A stretch of DNA of 64,000 nt from an uncultured Alphaproteobacteria bacterium (GTDB lineage: Bacteria > Pseudomonadota > Alphaproteobacteria > Rhizobiales > Xanthobacteraceae): positions 2,248-66,247 of the forward strand of contig CAVTNA010000032.1 of NCBI GenBank assembly GCA_963735835.1, read 5' to 3'. The translations under genes and the position numbers were made by a program. Position 1 is the first letter of the stretch; the number at the start of each line of letters is the position of its first letter. Positions 54,654 to 64,000 of this stretch are shown here, one piece after another. The notes beneath the pieces were generated by a model. The model did not search any database and was not told the origin of the DNA. It saw only the letters and a list, made by a program, of their open reading frames with translations.

Positions 54654-55040
54654 TCACTTCGCCCCCTCCTTCGCCGCCGGCGCATCCCTGGCCGGCGGCG
54701 GCTCGGCCTTCTTCTTCTGATCCTCGATCGTCTTCTTTTGCGCCGCCTGCAGGTCGTCCACGATCTTCTGCAGGGAGACGACCGTGCTCTTCAGGCCCTC
54801 GATCTGACGGCTGGCGGCGTCCAGCTTCTGCTGATGGTCGGCCGCGAGCTTTGTAATTGTCTTGTGCAGGAAATCGACATTGCTCTGCAGGCAGCTGGTT
54901 CGCCGCTCCATGGTTTTCTCGACCGTGCAGATTTCAATGCCGGGAACATCCTGCGCGGTTGCACCGCCGCAAGTCAGCATGCAGGGCGCCACAACCAGCG
55001 ACGCGAAAAGAGCGATCCGGCCGATCATCGAAATCCTCAT
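54654..55040 (-). CDS. Secreted coiled-coil hypothetical protein
   Basis: Signal peptide; QDVPGIEICTVEKTMERRTSCLQSNVDFL then coiled coil. Confidence 0.8.
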   Translation of the reverse strand: MRISMIGRIALFASLVVAPCMLTCGGATAQDVPGIEICTVEKTMERRTSCLQSNVDFLHKTITKLAADHQQKLDAASRQIEGLKSTVVSLQKIVDDLQAAQKKTIEDQKKKAEPPPARDAPAAKEGAK

Positions 55041-55224
55041 TCAGGGCAGCGCTCGTCACGGTCAATTTGTTGCGAGCCAGGGGCGAGACGCCGAAGATAT
55101 CACACCGAAACCGCATTCGCGCGTTGAGGTTTGCGGCGGACACCCCAGCCTGGCCAGGGAACTGGGGCGCCGGCGGTGGAACACGATGGGCGCCTGCGCG
55201 TCGGTCACGGAGGAGGATAACGGC

Positions 55225-55431
55225 ATGGCAACGCGCGAACGACGTCTGGCCGAATTCAACGGCGAAGGAGAACCGCCGCCGGATCAGCCGGTTCAGGTGC
55301 TGTGCGAGGACCACAGCGGCACCTATCAACTGCCGTTCGCGTGCCGCTTCGTCGATGGGGAATGGCGCAATCACGAGTTCGGCGGCACCGTCGAGGCGAC
55401 CGTGGTCGGCTGGCGCCTGCGGCGTCCCTGA
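55225..55431 (+). CDS. Small hypothetical protein
   Basis: GGAGGA RBS; MATRERRLAEF...VLCEDHSGTYQLPFAC...VVGWR. Confidence 0.75.
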   Translation: MATRERRLAEFNGEGEPPPDQPVQVLCEDHSGTYQLPFACRFVDGEWRNHEFGGTVEATVVGWRLRRP

Positions 55432-55701
55432 TTCCAGGCCGGAAGGAAAGCCTTCTGTTGAAGCAACGCCCTGGGTCGCCGCCAGGCTGTGCCAAAAAGC
55501 GACGGGAACCGGGCCTATTTTAAGCTTCGGAACGTGCCCGGAACGAACCACGCCCGAATCAGCGGTCGGGCGCCGTCCTGCCGTGTTCACGGCTAGATGT
55601 CGGCATCAATCCGATACGCCGCACCACATACAGCACCACCGCGATCGCGCGCAGCAGGCGACCGACAACAAAGGTTAATTCCTCCGGGGATGACATCGCC
55701 G

Positions 55702-56136
55702 TCACTTCCAGGGCGTCACCGGCGGCACCTTGTCGGTGGCCGGCGGCATGTCGACGGTCTTGAAATCGGCGGGACTTACGATTTCGAGATATTCCATGTC
55801 CGGCGAGTAATCGAACAGGTAGTGCACGATCCCCGGCCGCTGATGCACGACGTCGCCGGCCTGCACCAGGGTCGGCTTGTCCTCATACATGAAGCGCGCC
55901 CAGCCCCTGGTCATGATGACGATCTGGAAGTCGCAATCGTGCCGGTGCCAGCCGGTGCCGTCTTCCGGCGGCATGTCAGGATTGGCCTTGACCAGATGGC
56001 AGATCACCTGGCCGCCGGTCGCGGCCGCGATGCCGAGATCGCGATACAGGAAGAAGTCGCGCAGACCCCCTCCCTTGAATTCGGTATCATCAGGTTTGAC
56101 GTGGGAAAATTTGCTGACGACCGCGTGCTGATTCAT
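55702..56136 (-). CDS. Cupin domain protein
   Basis: GWHRHDCDFQ...GDVVHQRPGIVH. Confidence 0.9.
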   Translation of the reverse strand: MNQHAVVSKFSHVKPDDTEFKGGGLRDFFLYRDLGIAAATGGQVICHLVKANPDMPPEDGTGWHRHDCDFQIVIMTRGWARFMYEDKPTLVQAGDVVHQRPGIVHYLFDYSPDMEYLEIVSPADFKTVDMPPATDKVPPVTPWK

Positions 56137-56460
56137 CTGAAGCCTCCAATGTTCGTTTTGGCGCGATCGCGACAATCGCCGGCGTCCAATTTTTCGGCAG
56201 CGCGGATCGGCGCGCTCGAAGCTTCATGGGGCTATGCGAAAATCACGCCAGCCGCGCTGCGCCGCGGCGAATTCGATCGCCGCCGCCGCGAGGGCACGGA
56301 AGCTCTTGGCTGCAATCCGAAATTTGAGTTCGAGCGATTTTCGACCTCGCCTCGCCCGCGCCGCGGCGCGGGTGCTTCAGGCGTCCCTGATGGCAGCAAG
56401 TTGAGCAAGGCTTGCCCGCCGGTTGAGCCCCTAAAACAGGCAGAGCGGCGCGCGCGCTGC

Positions 56461-57114
56461 CTAATATTCGACCTCGAGCTCCTCGATGTCGGCGGGCTCG
56501 GCCTTGGCGGCCTCGATCCATTCCTGCATTTCCGGCAGCGCCATGATCATGGCGGCATAGGCCTTAAGCCGCGGCTCCAGCTTCACGTCATAGGTGATGA
56601 AGCGGGTCACGACCGGCGCGTACATCGCATCCGCCATGGTGCGTTGGCCGAACAGGAACGGGCCGCCCGATTCGGCCAGGCATTCGCGCCAGATCGTGCA
56701 GACCCGATCGATATCGGCTTGGGCACGCGACCAGATCTTGAAATTGGGAAAATGACCTTTCAGGTTGACCGGCAGCGACGCGCGCAACGTGGTAAAGCCC
56801 GAATGGATCTCACCGCAAATCGAACGGCAATGCGCCCGCAATATGCGGTCCGCCGGCAACAGGCCGGCATCCGGCATGATCTCGTTGAGATATTCGGCGA
56901 TCGCCAGGGTATCCCACACGGTAGCGCCCTCGTGCCGCAGGCACGGCACCAGGATCGATGACGACAGCAGCAGGATTTCGGCCCGCGCCGATGCATCGTC
57001 GGGCGCGGTAATGATTTCGTCGAATTCCAGGCCCGAGAACCTGGTCAGCAGCCAGCCGCGCAGCGACCACGACGAATAATTCTTGCTGCTGATGGTCAGT
57101 GTCGCTTTCGCCAT
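56461..57114 (-). CDS. Glutathione S-transferase family protein
   Basis: KNYSSWSLRGWL, VWDTLAIAEYL, EIHSGF, ADAMYAPV. Confidence 0.92.
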   Translation of the reverse strand: MAKATLTISSKNYSSWSLRGWLLTRFSGLEFDEIITAPDDASARAEILLLSSSILVPCLRHEGATVWDTLAIAEYLNEIMPDAGLLPADRILRAHCRSICGEIHSGFTTLRASLPVNLKGHFPNFKIWSRAQADIDRVCTIWRECLAESGGPFLFGQRTMADAMYAPVVTRFITYDVKLEPRLKAYAAMIMALPEMQEWIEAAKAEPADIEELEVEY

Positions 57115-57289
57115 ATGGCTTTTCCCTCAACCCCTGAATGCCCGCCGGGCCGCCATGCCCGTTGCCCATGCTTCGCGCCAGTTCGATCACTTTCAGCATT
57201 TTCAACAGCAAGCGACGTGCCAGTTTGCAGCTGTCTGGATCCGCTTTGGCTTCGATATTGCATGGCGACACCGACGGGGGCGGATCCGG

Positions 57290-58512
57290 ATGATGTCCAT
57301 GATGTATCAGGCCTATCAGAACCACATGGACCTGGCGGCGCCATGGCGGTCCGGTGCCGCGCACGCGCTGAAATATCTCAACCTCGTCCCGCAAGGCGTC
57401 TCCGACAGACTGTTCAGGCGGCTCGCCGCTGCACTTGAACTGATCTCGCGCACCTCGCTCACCTATACGCGCCCGCCTTACGGCATCGACAAGGTGCTGG
57501 TTGGCAACCAGGAGCTGGAGGTGATCGAGGAAGCCGTCTATGCGACGCCGTTCGGATCGCTATTGCATTTCAAAAAGAAAATTCGCCGGAGCAGCCGCGG
57601 CTGTTGCTGGTGGCGCCGATGTCCGGCCACTTCGCCACGCTATTGCGCGGCACCGTGAAGACACTGCTGCAGGATCACGACGTCTACATCACCGACTGGC
57701 ATAATCCGCGCGACATTCCGCTCGACCACGGCAAGTTCGGCCTCGACGACTATACCGAACACCTCATCACCTTTCTCGACCAGCTGGGTCCGCGTTCGCA
57801 CATGGTGGCGATCTGCCAGCCGTCGGTGTCGGCGCTCGCGGCGGCCGCGATCATGTCGGAGGACAACCATCCCGCTCGCCCGGCGACCCTGACCTTGATG
57901 GCCGGCCCGATCGACACCCGTATCCAGCCGACCAAGGTCAACGAGTTCGCCAAGAGCAAGCCGCTGGAATGGTTCGAGAAGAACCTGATCAATTACGTGC
58001 CTGTGCAATGCAAAGGCGCGTTCAGGCAGGTCTATCCCGGCTTCGTCCAGCTCACCGCCTTCGTGTCGATGAACCTGGAGCGCCACATCAAGTCGCACAT
58101 CGATCTCGCGGCGCATCTGGCCAGCGGCGAGAAGGAGAAGGCCGAAACCATCAAGACCTTCTACGACGAATATTTTGCCGTGATGGACCTGCCGGCGGAA
58201 TTCTACATCGAAACCATCCGCGACGTGTTTCAGGAACACCTGCTGCCGCAGGGCAAGCTGACCTATCGCGGCCGCCCGGTGAACCCCGCCTCGATCAGGC
58301 GGATGGGCCTGATGACGGTCGAAGGCGAGAAGGACGATATCTGCTCGATCGGCCAGACGCTGGCCGCGCAGGACCTCTGCACCGGCGTGCGCGCCTATCG
58401 CAAGGTGCATCACATGCAGGCTGGCGTCGGCCATTACGGCGTGTTCTCCGGCAAGCGCTGGAACAACGAAATCTATCCGCTGCTGCGGGATTTCGTGCAC
58501 GTCAATTCGTGA
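57290..58512 (+). CDS. phaZ: Intracellular polyhydroxyalkanoate depolymerase (frameshifted)
   Basis: VAPMSGHFATLLRGTV, VYITDW, ICQP, EGEKDDI, GHYGVFSG. Confidence 0.93.
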
Positions 58513-58517
58513 CAGAC

Positions 58518-58664
58518 CGTCATTTCCGGGGCGCGTCCAACGGGTCCGCGCAAAGCGCGGCCCGATGACAGGCTCCGACGCGAACCCGGAATCTCTGCGC
58601 AAACAAGTCCGCATATCAGTTCGAGATTCCGGATCGGTGCGCTTGGCGGACGTCCGGAAGGACG
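58518..58664. repeat. REP/RIME-like element
   Basis: CGTCATTTCCGGGGCGCG...GAACCCGGAATCTC...GAGATTCCGG...CCGGAAGGACG. Confidence 0.7.
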
Positions 58665-58685
58665 GCGGATACCTTGGCTACCGCG

Positions 58686-59489
58686 CTATTCCACCCGGAT
58701 CGGGTTGCCCTTGAGACCATTGTTGTCATAGGCCTTGCGCAGCGTTCCGTTTGATGTGGCCTCGATCATGAATTTGGTTGCGAAAGCCAGCGCCAGCGGA
58801 TGATTGAGCGGCACCGCCACCGCGGTCACGGTCTTCTTGAAGGTTTCGTCCAGTACCCGCGTTCCCGGGATCTTGCTGGCCATGGCGTTGAGCTGGTCGC
58901 GCGACAGCGCAAACGCATCGATCTCGCCGTTCTTGAGCAGCGTGAAGATCTCGTCATAGGTCTGATAGCCCGTGACCTTGGCATGCTTCAGATGCGCGAT
59001 CGCGCCGCGCATGGTGGTGGTGCTGTTGACCGCGGCGACCTTGACGCCGGGCTGGTCCAGCGTCGCAAAATTCGTGGCCATCGAGCCCGCCTTGACGATG
59101 TAGGTCGCGTCCGCCACCTCGTAAATGGGCCCGAACGACATCCTCGCCTCGCGCTCCGGGTCCTTCGGCAGGAAGCTGACGTCCCAGGCGCCCGTGGCCA
59201 CGGCGTCGACGATCTTTCCGGAATTCGGGTAGGCGACATATTCGACGGGAACGCCAAGCTGCGCTGCCATCTCCTTGCCGAGATCGACCGGCACCCCGGC
59301 ATAACCTCCCGCCGCGTTTTTGGTGGACCAGAATGCGCCGCCGGCCGGGCTGATCGCGATCGCCACCCGCAGCTTGCCGGTCGGCGCGATCTCGTCCTTC
59401 AGGGGATCGGCGCTCGCAGGACCGGCCATCATGACAGCGACACCCAGAATGAGACCGGCCATGCCCGGTAAAAAGGATCGATTGGACAT
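58686..59489 (-). CDS. Periplasmic substrate-binding protein (family 3-like)
   Basis: Signal peptide; EIAPTGKLRVAI, GVPVDLG, LDQPGVKVA. Confidence 0.88.
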   Translation of the reverse strand: MSNRSFLPGMAGLILGVAVMMAGPASADPLKDEIAPTGKLRVAIAISPAGGAFWSTKNAAGGYAGVPVDLGKEMAAQLGVPVEYVAYPNSGKIVDAVATGAWDVSFLPKDPEREARMSFGPIYEVADATYIVKAGSMATNFATLDQPGVKVAAVNSTTTMRGAIAHLKHAKVTGYQTYDEIFTLLKNGEIDAFALSRDQLNAMASKIPGTRVLDETFKKTVTAVAVPLNHPLALAFATKFMIEATSNGTLRKAYDNNGLKGNPIRVE

Positions 59490-59656
59490 CGGAATTTCCC
59501 TCCCGGCGGCCCGTTATTAACGATCGAGCCTTCACCGGCCATTGTGGTCGATTGCGCGAAGCGTTGAAACCCAAAAATTCCCGGCGGAGACCATATATTT
59601 GCAGGGCGCGTGCCCGATGCCGCCGGCAAACCGCTGTCTTCGCCCGAAAACGCTCT

Positions 59657-60640
59657 CTAGCGGCGCGTCCGGGAAAGGGTTTCAGAAGGAAGTTCGCCAA
59701 AAACGTCACGATAATCTTTTGCAAAGCGGCTCGGACTTGCAAAATTGCTTTTGAATGCCGTTGCCGTGACGTTCACCCCGGGCTCGCCGGACATCAGGAT
59801 TTCCCGCGCGCGCTTCAGCCGGATCGTCTTGGCGAAAGCCATCGGCGAATAGCCCCGGCTGCGCTCGAAGGCCCTGAAAATGGCGCGCGCACTGACGCCG
59901 GCCTCGGCGGCAAGTCGATCGATCGTGATCGGTTCCTGCCAGTGGGCTTCGATGAACTCCTCGATCCGCCGGACCACCCAGGGCGCCGGCATGCCTTCCT
60001 GATTTTCCAGGAGATGGCTGAAGGCGTGGCGGCTGGCATAGAGAAACGCGATCTGCACCGCCTGCTCGAGCTCAAGGCATACGGCGGCGGGCAAGTGGAA
60101 CGCCGCCGAGTCCAGCTGCTGCGAGAAAAAAAGGACGAGGCGGGAAAGGACTTGCGCGTGAGGCTGACCCGCCTCGATCGCGGCCTCGAATGTCATTTCG
60201 CCCTTCGGTTTGGCGCCGAGAAGCGCCGTCAGCCTCTGCAACAACGCCGGCCCGTTCAGCCGAAGCATCAGGCATTCATGCCCGGCCTCGCAAACGTTCC
60301 GCGATCGGGTGCCGGCTGGCGTAATCGCAAACTGGCGATCGTTGATGTCGGTCGTTCTGCCACCTGCGGAAATGGTCGCACGGCCCCGGCGCGCGATTTG
60401 CAGCCGGATGAAGTCCGTCGCGAGACGATCGATCGTCAGATCCGCGCTGGTCGCGCCGAAGGCGAGGCCCGTCTCCTGCATCCGGATCAGATTGACGCGG
60501 GCCTCGAAGTTGTCGAGGCTTCCCAGATCGATTTGGGCGGCGCCGAACAGCTTCGCCGCGAGTTGCCGCAGCTCCTCGGGATTGGAAGTCCGGAACACCG
60601 GAAAACGGTGTAATGGGTCGGCTTCGGCTTCAGGCATCAT
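59657..60640 (-). CDS. AraC-family transcriptional regulator
   Basis: C-terminal HTH VRRIEEFIEAHW...GVSARAIFRAF...RFAKDYRDVFGELPSETL. Confidence 0.92.
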   Translation of the reverse strand: MMPEAEADPLHRFPVFRTSNPEELRQLAAKLFGAAQIDLGSLDNFEARVNLIRMQETGLAFGATSADLTIDRLATDFIRLQIARRGRATISAGGRTTDINDRQFAITPAGTRSRNVCEAGHECLMLRLNGPALLQRLTALLGAKPKGEMTFEAAIEAGQPHAQVLSRLVLFFSQQLDSAAFHLPAAVCLELEQAVQIAFLYASRHAFSHLLENQEGMPAPWVVRRIEEFIEAHWQEPITIDRLAAEAGVSARAIFRAFERSRGYSPMAFAKTIRLKRAREILMSGEPGVNVTATAFKSNFASPSRFAKDYRDVFGELPSETLSRTRR

Positions 60641-61192
60641 TGTCCAGCCGTGGGTTGCTCAGGAAAGAAGCGGCATTCAATTTCGGATTGACGAGAACGC
60701 CGACAACAACCGGTCCGAGCAATTCATGCAGCAGGCCGAACCGCTTCGCCTCCATTTGATTGGTCAAGATGCTCACGCCGGTCACGTTTCCGCCGGGGTG
60801 GCTGAAGCTGGCGACCAGACCCGCAGCCACGGGGTCGCTGCCCATGCCGAAGACGATTGGAATTTCCGAGGTCGCGGCCTTCGCGGCGCGCGCCGAAGCG
60901 TCGCCTCCGACCGCCACCAGCACGGCCACCTGCCGGCCCACCAGTTCGGCCGCGAGCTTCGGCAACCGGTCATAGGCGCCGCTGGCCCAGCGGTATTCGA
61001 CCGCCACGTTCTTGCCCTCGGCGAAACCATTTTCCGCAAGGCCCCGATTGAAGGCCTCGACCAGATATCCGGAATCCTCGGAAGCCCTCCCGCTCAGGAA
61101 TCCGATCAGCGGCATCCCCGCCTGCTGCGCGCGCGCCGTCAGCGGCCAGGTCGAAATGGCACCGAGTCCCCGATAAACTCCCGCCGCTTCAT
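60630..61192 (-). pseudogene. Truncated ABC substrate-binding protein
   Basis: MKRREFI...AQQAGMPLIGFL...VEYRWA...DPVAAGLVAS.SHPGGNVTG...VLVNP, then stops at about half the usual length. Confidence 0.75.
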
Positions 61193-61407
61193 CCGATCAC
61201 CCCGAGAACCTCCAAATATGAGCTGCGCCTGCCGGACCGTCGGGAGAATGGCGAATCCTACCATACCCGACTTCCGCGGTGTGAGCCTTACTGAGGGCCG
61301 CTCGGCAGCGCGGCGAATGTCGCAACGGGTTCGTCACGAGACGGGTTGAATGGGGGTCTGCGATAACACCGCTGATTTCGCACCGTTGGCCCAAAGCGCC
61401 ATCGCGG

Positions 61408-62587
61408 TCAGTTCGCGCCAGCCGCCGGCACCTTGATCTCCGTCGGCAGGATGATGGCGGCGGCGATCACCAGCAGACAAAGCCCCGCGAACGCATGCAG
61501 CATCGTCACAAAACCGCCCTGCTCGTACAGCCACGCCACCAGGCCCACCGAGGCGCCCGCCGCGGTGAAACCGACGAAATAACGCACCGCATAGGCGCGC
61601 GAGCGCCATTCCTCGCTGGTATATTTGCCGACCATGGCGTCGTTGACCGTCACCTGGCCGAACGCTCCCATCACGATGCCGATCGACGCCAGGATCAGCG
61701 GCAGGTTCGACAAGGTCGCCGCCAGATACAAAAACGGCGCCAGCACGAACGACAGCGGCAAGGAGACCGCTTTCAGCGAATAGCGGTCGATCAGCTTACC
61801 GATGGTGTACTGGGTCATCGCGCCGAACACATAGACGCAGGCCGCGATCACGCCGAGCAAGGCCGGGCTTTTGGTGAGGTCCGGCAAGCCGCTCGGCGAA
61901 CAGCTTTGGCAGCGCCACCGTCACTGCGTTGAAGGTGGTGGATATCGCGATCACCACGATCAGCAGCGCGGCGATCACCCGCCACATGTCCGCTTTCGCC
62001 ACCCGCGCCTGCGCCGCCGCCTGCCTGTGGCCCGAGCGGTCTTCGTGCACCACGGTTCGCGCGAAGGCCACGCCGATCACGATGGTGACGATGCCGGGTA
62101 CGACGAAAGCCCAGCGCCAGCCGAGATACTGGCCGATCACGCCGGTGACCAGCGCCGACGACGCCACGCCGAGATTGCCCCAGACGCCGTTCAGCCCCAT
62201 CTCGCGGCCGAGCCGGTCGGCATAGGAAACGATCATCGCGGTGCCGACGGGATGATAGATCGACGCGAACAGGCCGATCGACAACAACGCCGCGCCGAGT
62301 TCGAGCTTCGTCTGCACGAGGCCGACCGCGATCATCGAGGCGCCGATGCCGACAAAGAAGATCACCATCATGTGGCGGCGGCTCCAGCGATCCCCGAGCC
62401 AGCCGGTCAGCAGCGAGCCGGCGCCAAAGGCGACGAAGCCGGGGGTGGCGTAAGGCAGCAGCTCCGAATAGGCCATGCCGAGCGCCGGCCCCATCACGAT
62501 CACGGCGGCAGCGAAGATCAACATCGAATAATGGTCGATGAAGTGGGCGGCGTTGACGAAACCGATCACCCGGGCCGGGCTGTTCAT
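61408..62587 (-). CDS. MFS transporter (frameshifted)
   Basis: GWLGDRWSRR, FASIYHPVG, GKLIDRY; about 12 TM. Confidence 0.9.
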
Positions 62588-62838
62588 GGGTCGAATCCTC
62601 AGGTCCTTTGCAAGGAGCTTATACGGTCTTGTCCCGACGGTGTGTGGCCAATGGGTATCGCCGAAACGCCAATCGCCGCCATCAGAGGATACCACGCCGC
62701 AGGGAACGCCGGCTGGAGCCGCCCCATTGGCGGGGGCATGACCGTTCTTTGGGCTGTCTGTCACGCGCGCTTGATTGTGATCGGTTTTGCCCTAAATCCC
62801 ATGTTAGATTCGCCCCGACTGGATTCGACCCGCCCGAC

Positions 62839-64000
62839 ATGAGCAGCAACGCCTTTTTCTCGGATCTTCTCTCCTCGATTTCCGAGCGCGGCCGGACGCT
62901 GCTTCGCCGCGTCGGGTCGTCCGACGCCAAACCGGATGGGGCCGAACTGATCGCCCTGTGCGAGGCGCTGCTGTCAGGCCGGGGCGAGGCCTCCGGCACC
63001 GCGATGGCGCGCGAGGTGCTTGACCGCTACCACTATCTCGACGAAGCCGAGCGGCTTGCATTCTTCGAAACGCTGACCCGCGACTTCGGCCCTGACCGGG
63101 AAAAGCTGGCGCACGCGATCGAGAGCTGGCGCGCGCAGCCGAACGAAGACGACGCCAGCGACCTGCATTTCGCTTCCGAGCCGCGGCGGCAGGAACTGAT
63201 CCGCCGGCTCAACCGCGCGCCGGGCGGCACCAGCGAACTGGTGTCGATGCGCGCCGATCTGCTTTCGCTGATGAAGCGGCCACAAGGAGCTTGCCGCGCT
63301 CGATCGCGACGTCGTTCATCTCTTGTCTTCATGGTTCAACAGGGGGTTTCTCGTGCTGCGCAGGATAGATTGGTCGACACCGGCGAACATCCTCGAACAG
63401 ATCATTCGCTACGAGGCGGTGCACGAAATCCGCGACTGGAACGATCTGCGCCGCCGCATCGACCCCGTCGACCGGCGCTGCTACGCGTTCTTCCATCCGG
63501 CCGCTGGTCGACGAGCCGCTGATCTTCGTCGAGGTGGCGCTGACCGAATCGATTCCGGGCGCGATCGCGCCGCTGCTCGCCGAAGACCGGCAGCTGGTGC
63601 CGATCGAGCGCGCCCGCACCGCGGTGTTCTATTCGATCTCCAACACCCAGCGCGGCCTCGGCGGCATTTCCTTCGGCAGCTTCCTGATCAAGCAGGTGGT
63701 CGAGGAATTGCGGCGCGAATTGCCGAAGCTGGAAAATTTCGTCACGCTGTCGCCGGTGCCGGGCTTCATGCAATGGCTGAAAGCAGGCCGAGCGACGTTC
63801 CGGTCACCGACGAGGACCGGGCGCTGTTGGAAAATCTCGAAAAGCCGGACTGGTTCGAGAATGCGGAGCTGGCGGCGCAATTGCGCGCGGTGCTCGAGCC
63901 GCTGGCGGCGCATTATTTCCTCAAAGCCCGCACGCCAAAGGGCCGGCTGATCGATTCGGTGGCGCGCTTCCATCTCGGCAACGGCGCGCGGCTGGAGCGG
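62839..64000 (+). CDS. Malonyl-CoA decarboxylase (frameshifted; runs off the window edge)
   Basis: LLSGRGEASG, YEAVHEI, AVFYSISNTQRGLGGISFGSFLIKQVV, FVTLSPVPGF, VARFHLGNGARLER. Confidence 0.93.

Noticed and set aside
62651-62842. Short plus-strand ORF MGIAETPIAAIRGYH... between the MFS and malonyl-CoA decarboxylase genes
   Set aside because: No recognisable domain; may be a regulator remnant but cannot be supported from sequence.

Overview
GC-rich alphaproteobacterial chromosome segment; gene content and dispersed palindromic repeats point to Bradyrhizobium or a close relative (inference). About half the genes carry single-base frameshifts, including core genes (thiS, thiE, thiC, sseA, phaZ). 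This most likely reflects uncorrected long-read indel errors, so I reconstructed genes across the shifts, and the coordinates of those genes are approximate. Core content: a TPP riboswitch-led thiO-thiS-thiG-thiE-orf-thiC operon, ettA, sseA plus a rhodanese, a MoxR/VWA pair, phaZ, malonyl-CoA decarboxylase, cell-wall enzymes, two-component systems, transporters and a P450. A low-GC accessory island after thiC (about 20.9-25.2 kb) holds a complete IS256 (8-bp target duplication) and a complete IS5-family element (TA duplication) that splits a possible conflict-system gene. Best leads: (1) two diverged, inverted copies of a ~500-nt non-coding element with compensatory base-pair changes; (2) a membrane protein with STT3/AglB-like motif placement; (3) secreted peptides ending in a Cys-bracketed Trp/Arg-rich hairpin; (4) a ChrB-domain plus beta-propeller operon with no chrA in the window; (5) a small zinc-ribbon gene and an autotransporter-like start missed by the ORF track. 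No rRNA, tRNA, CRISPR array or integrase was seen.
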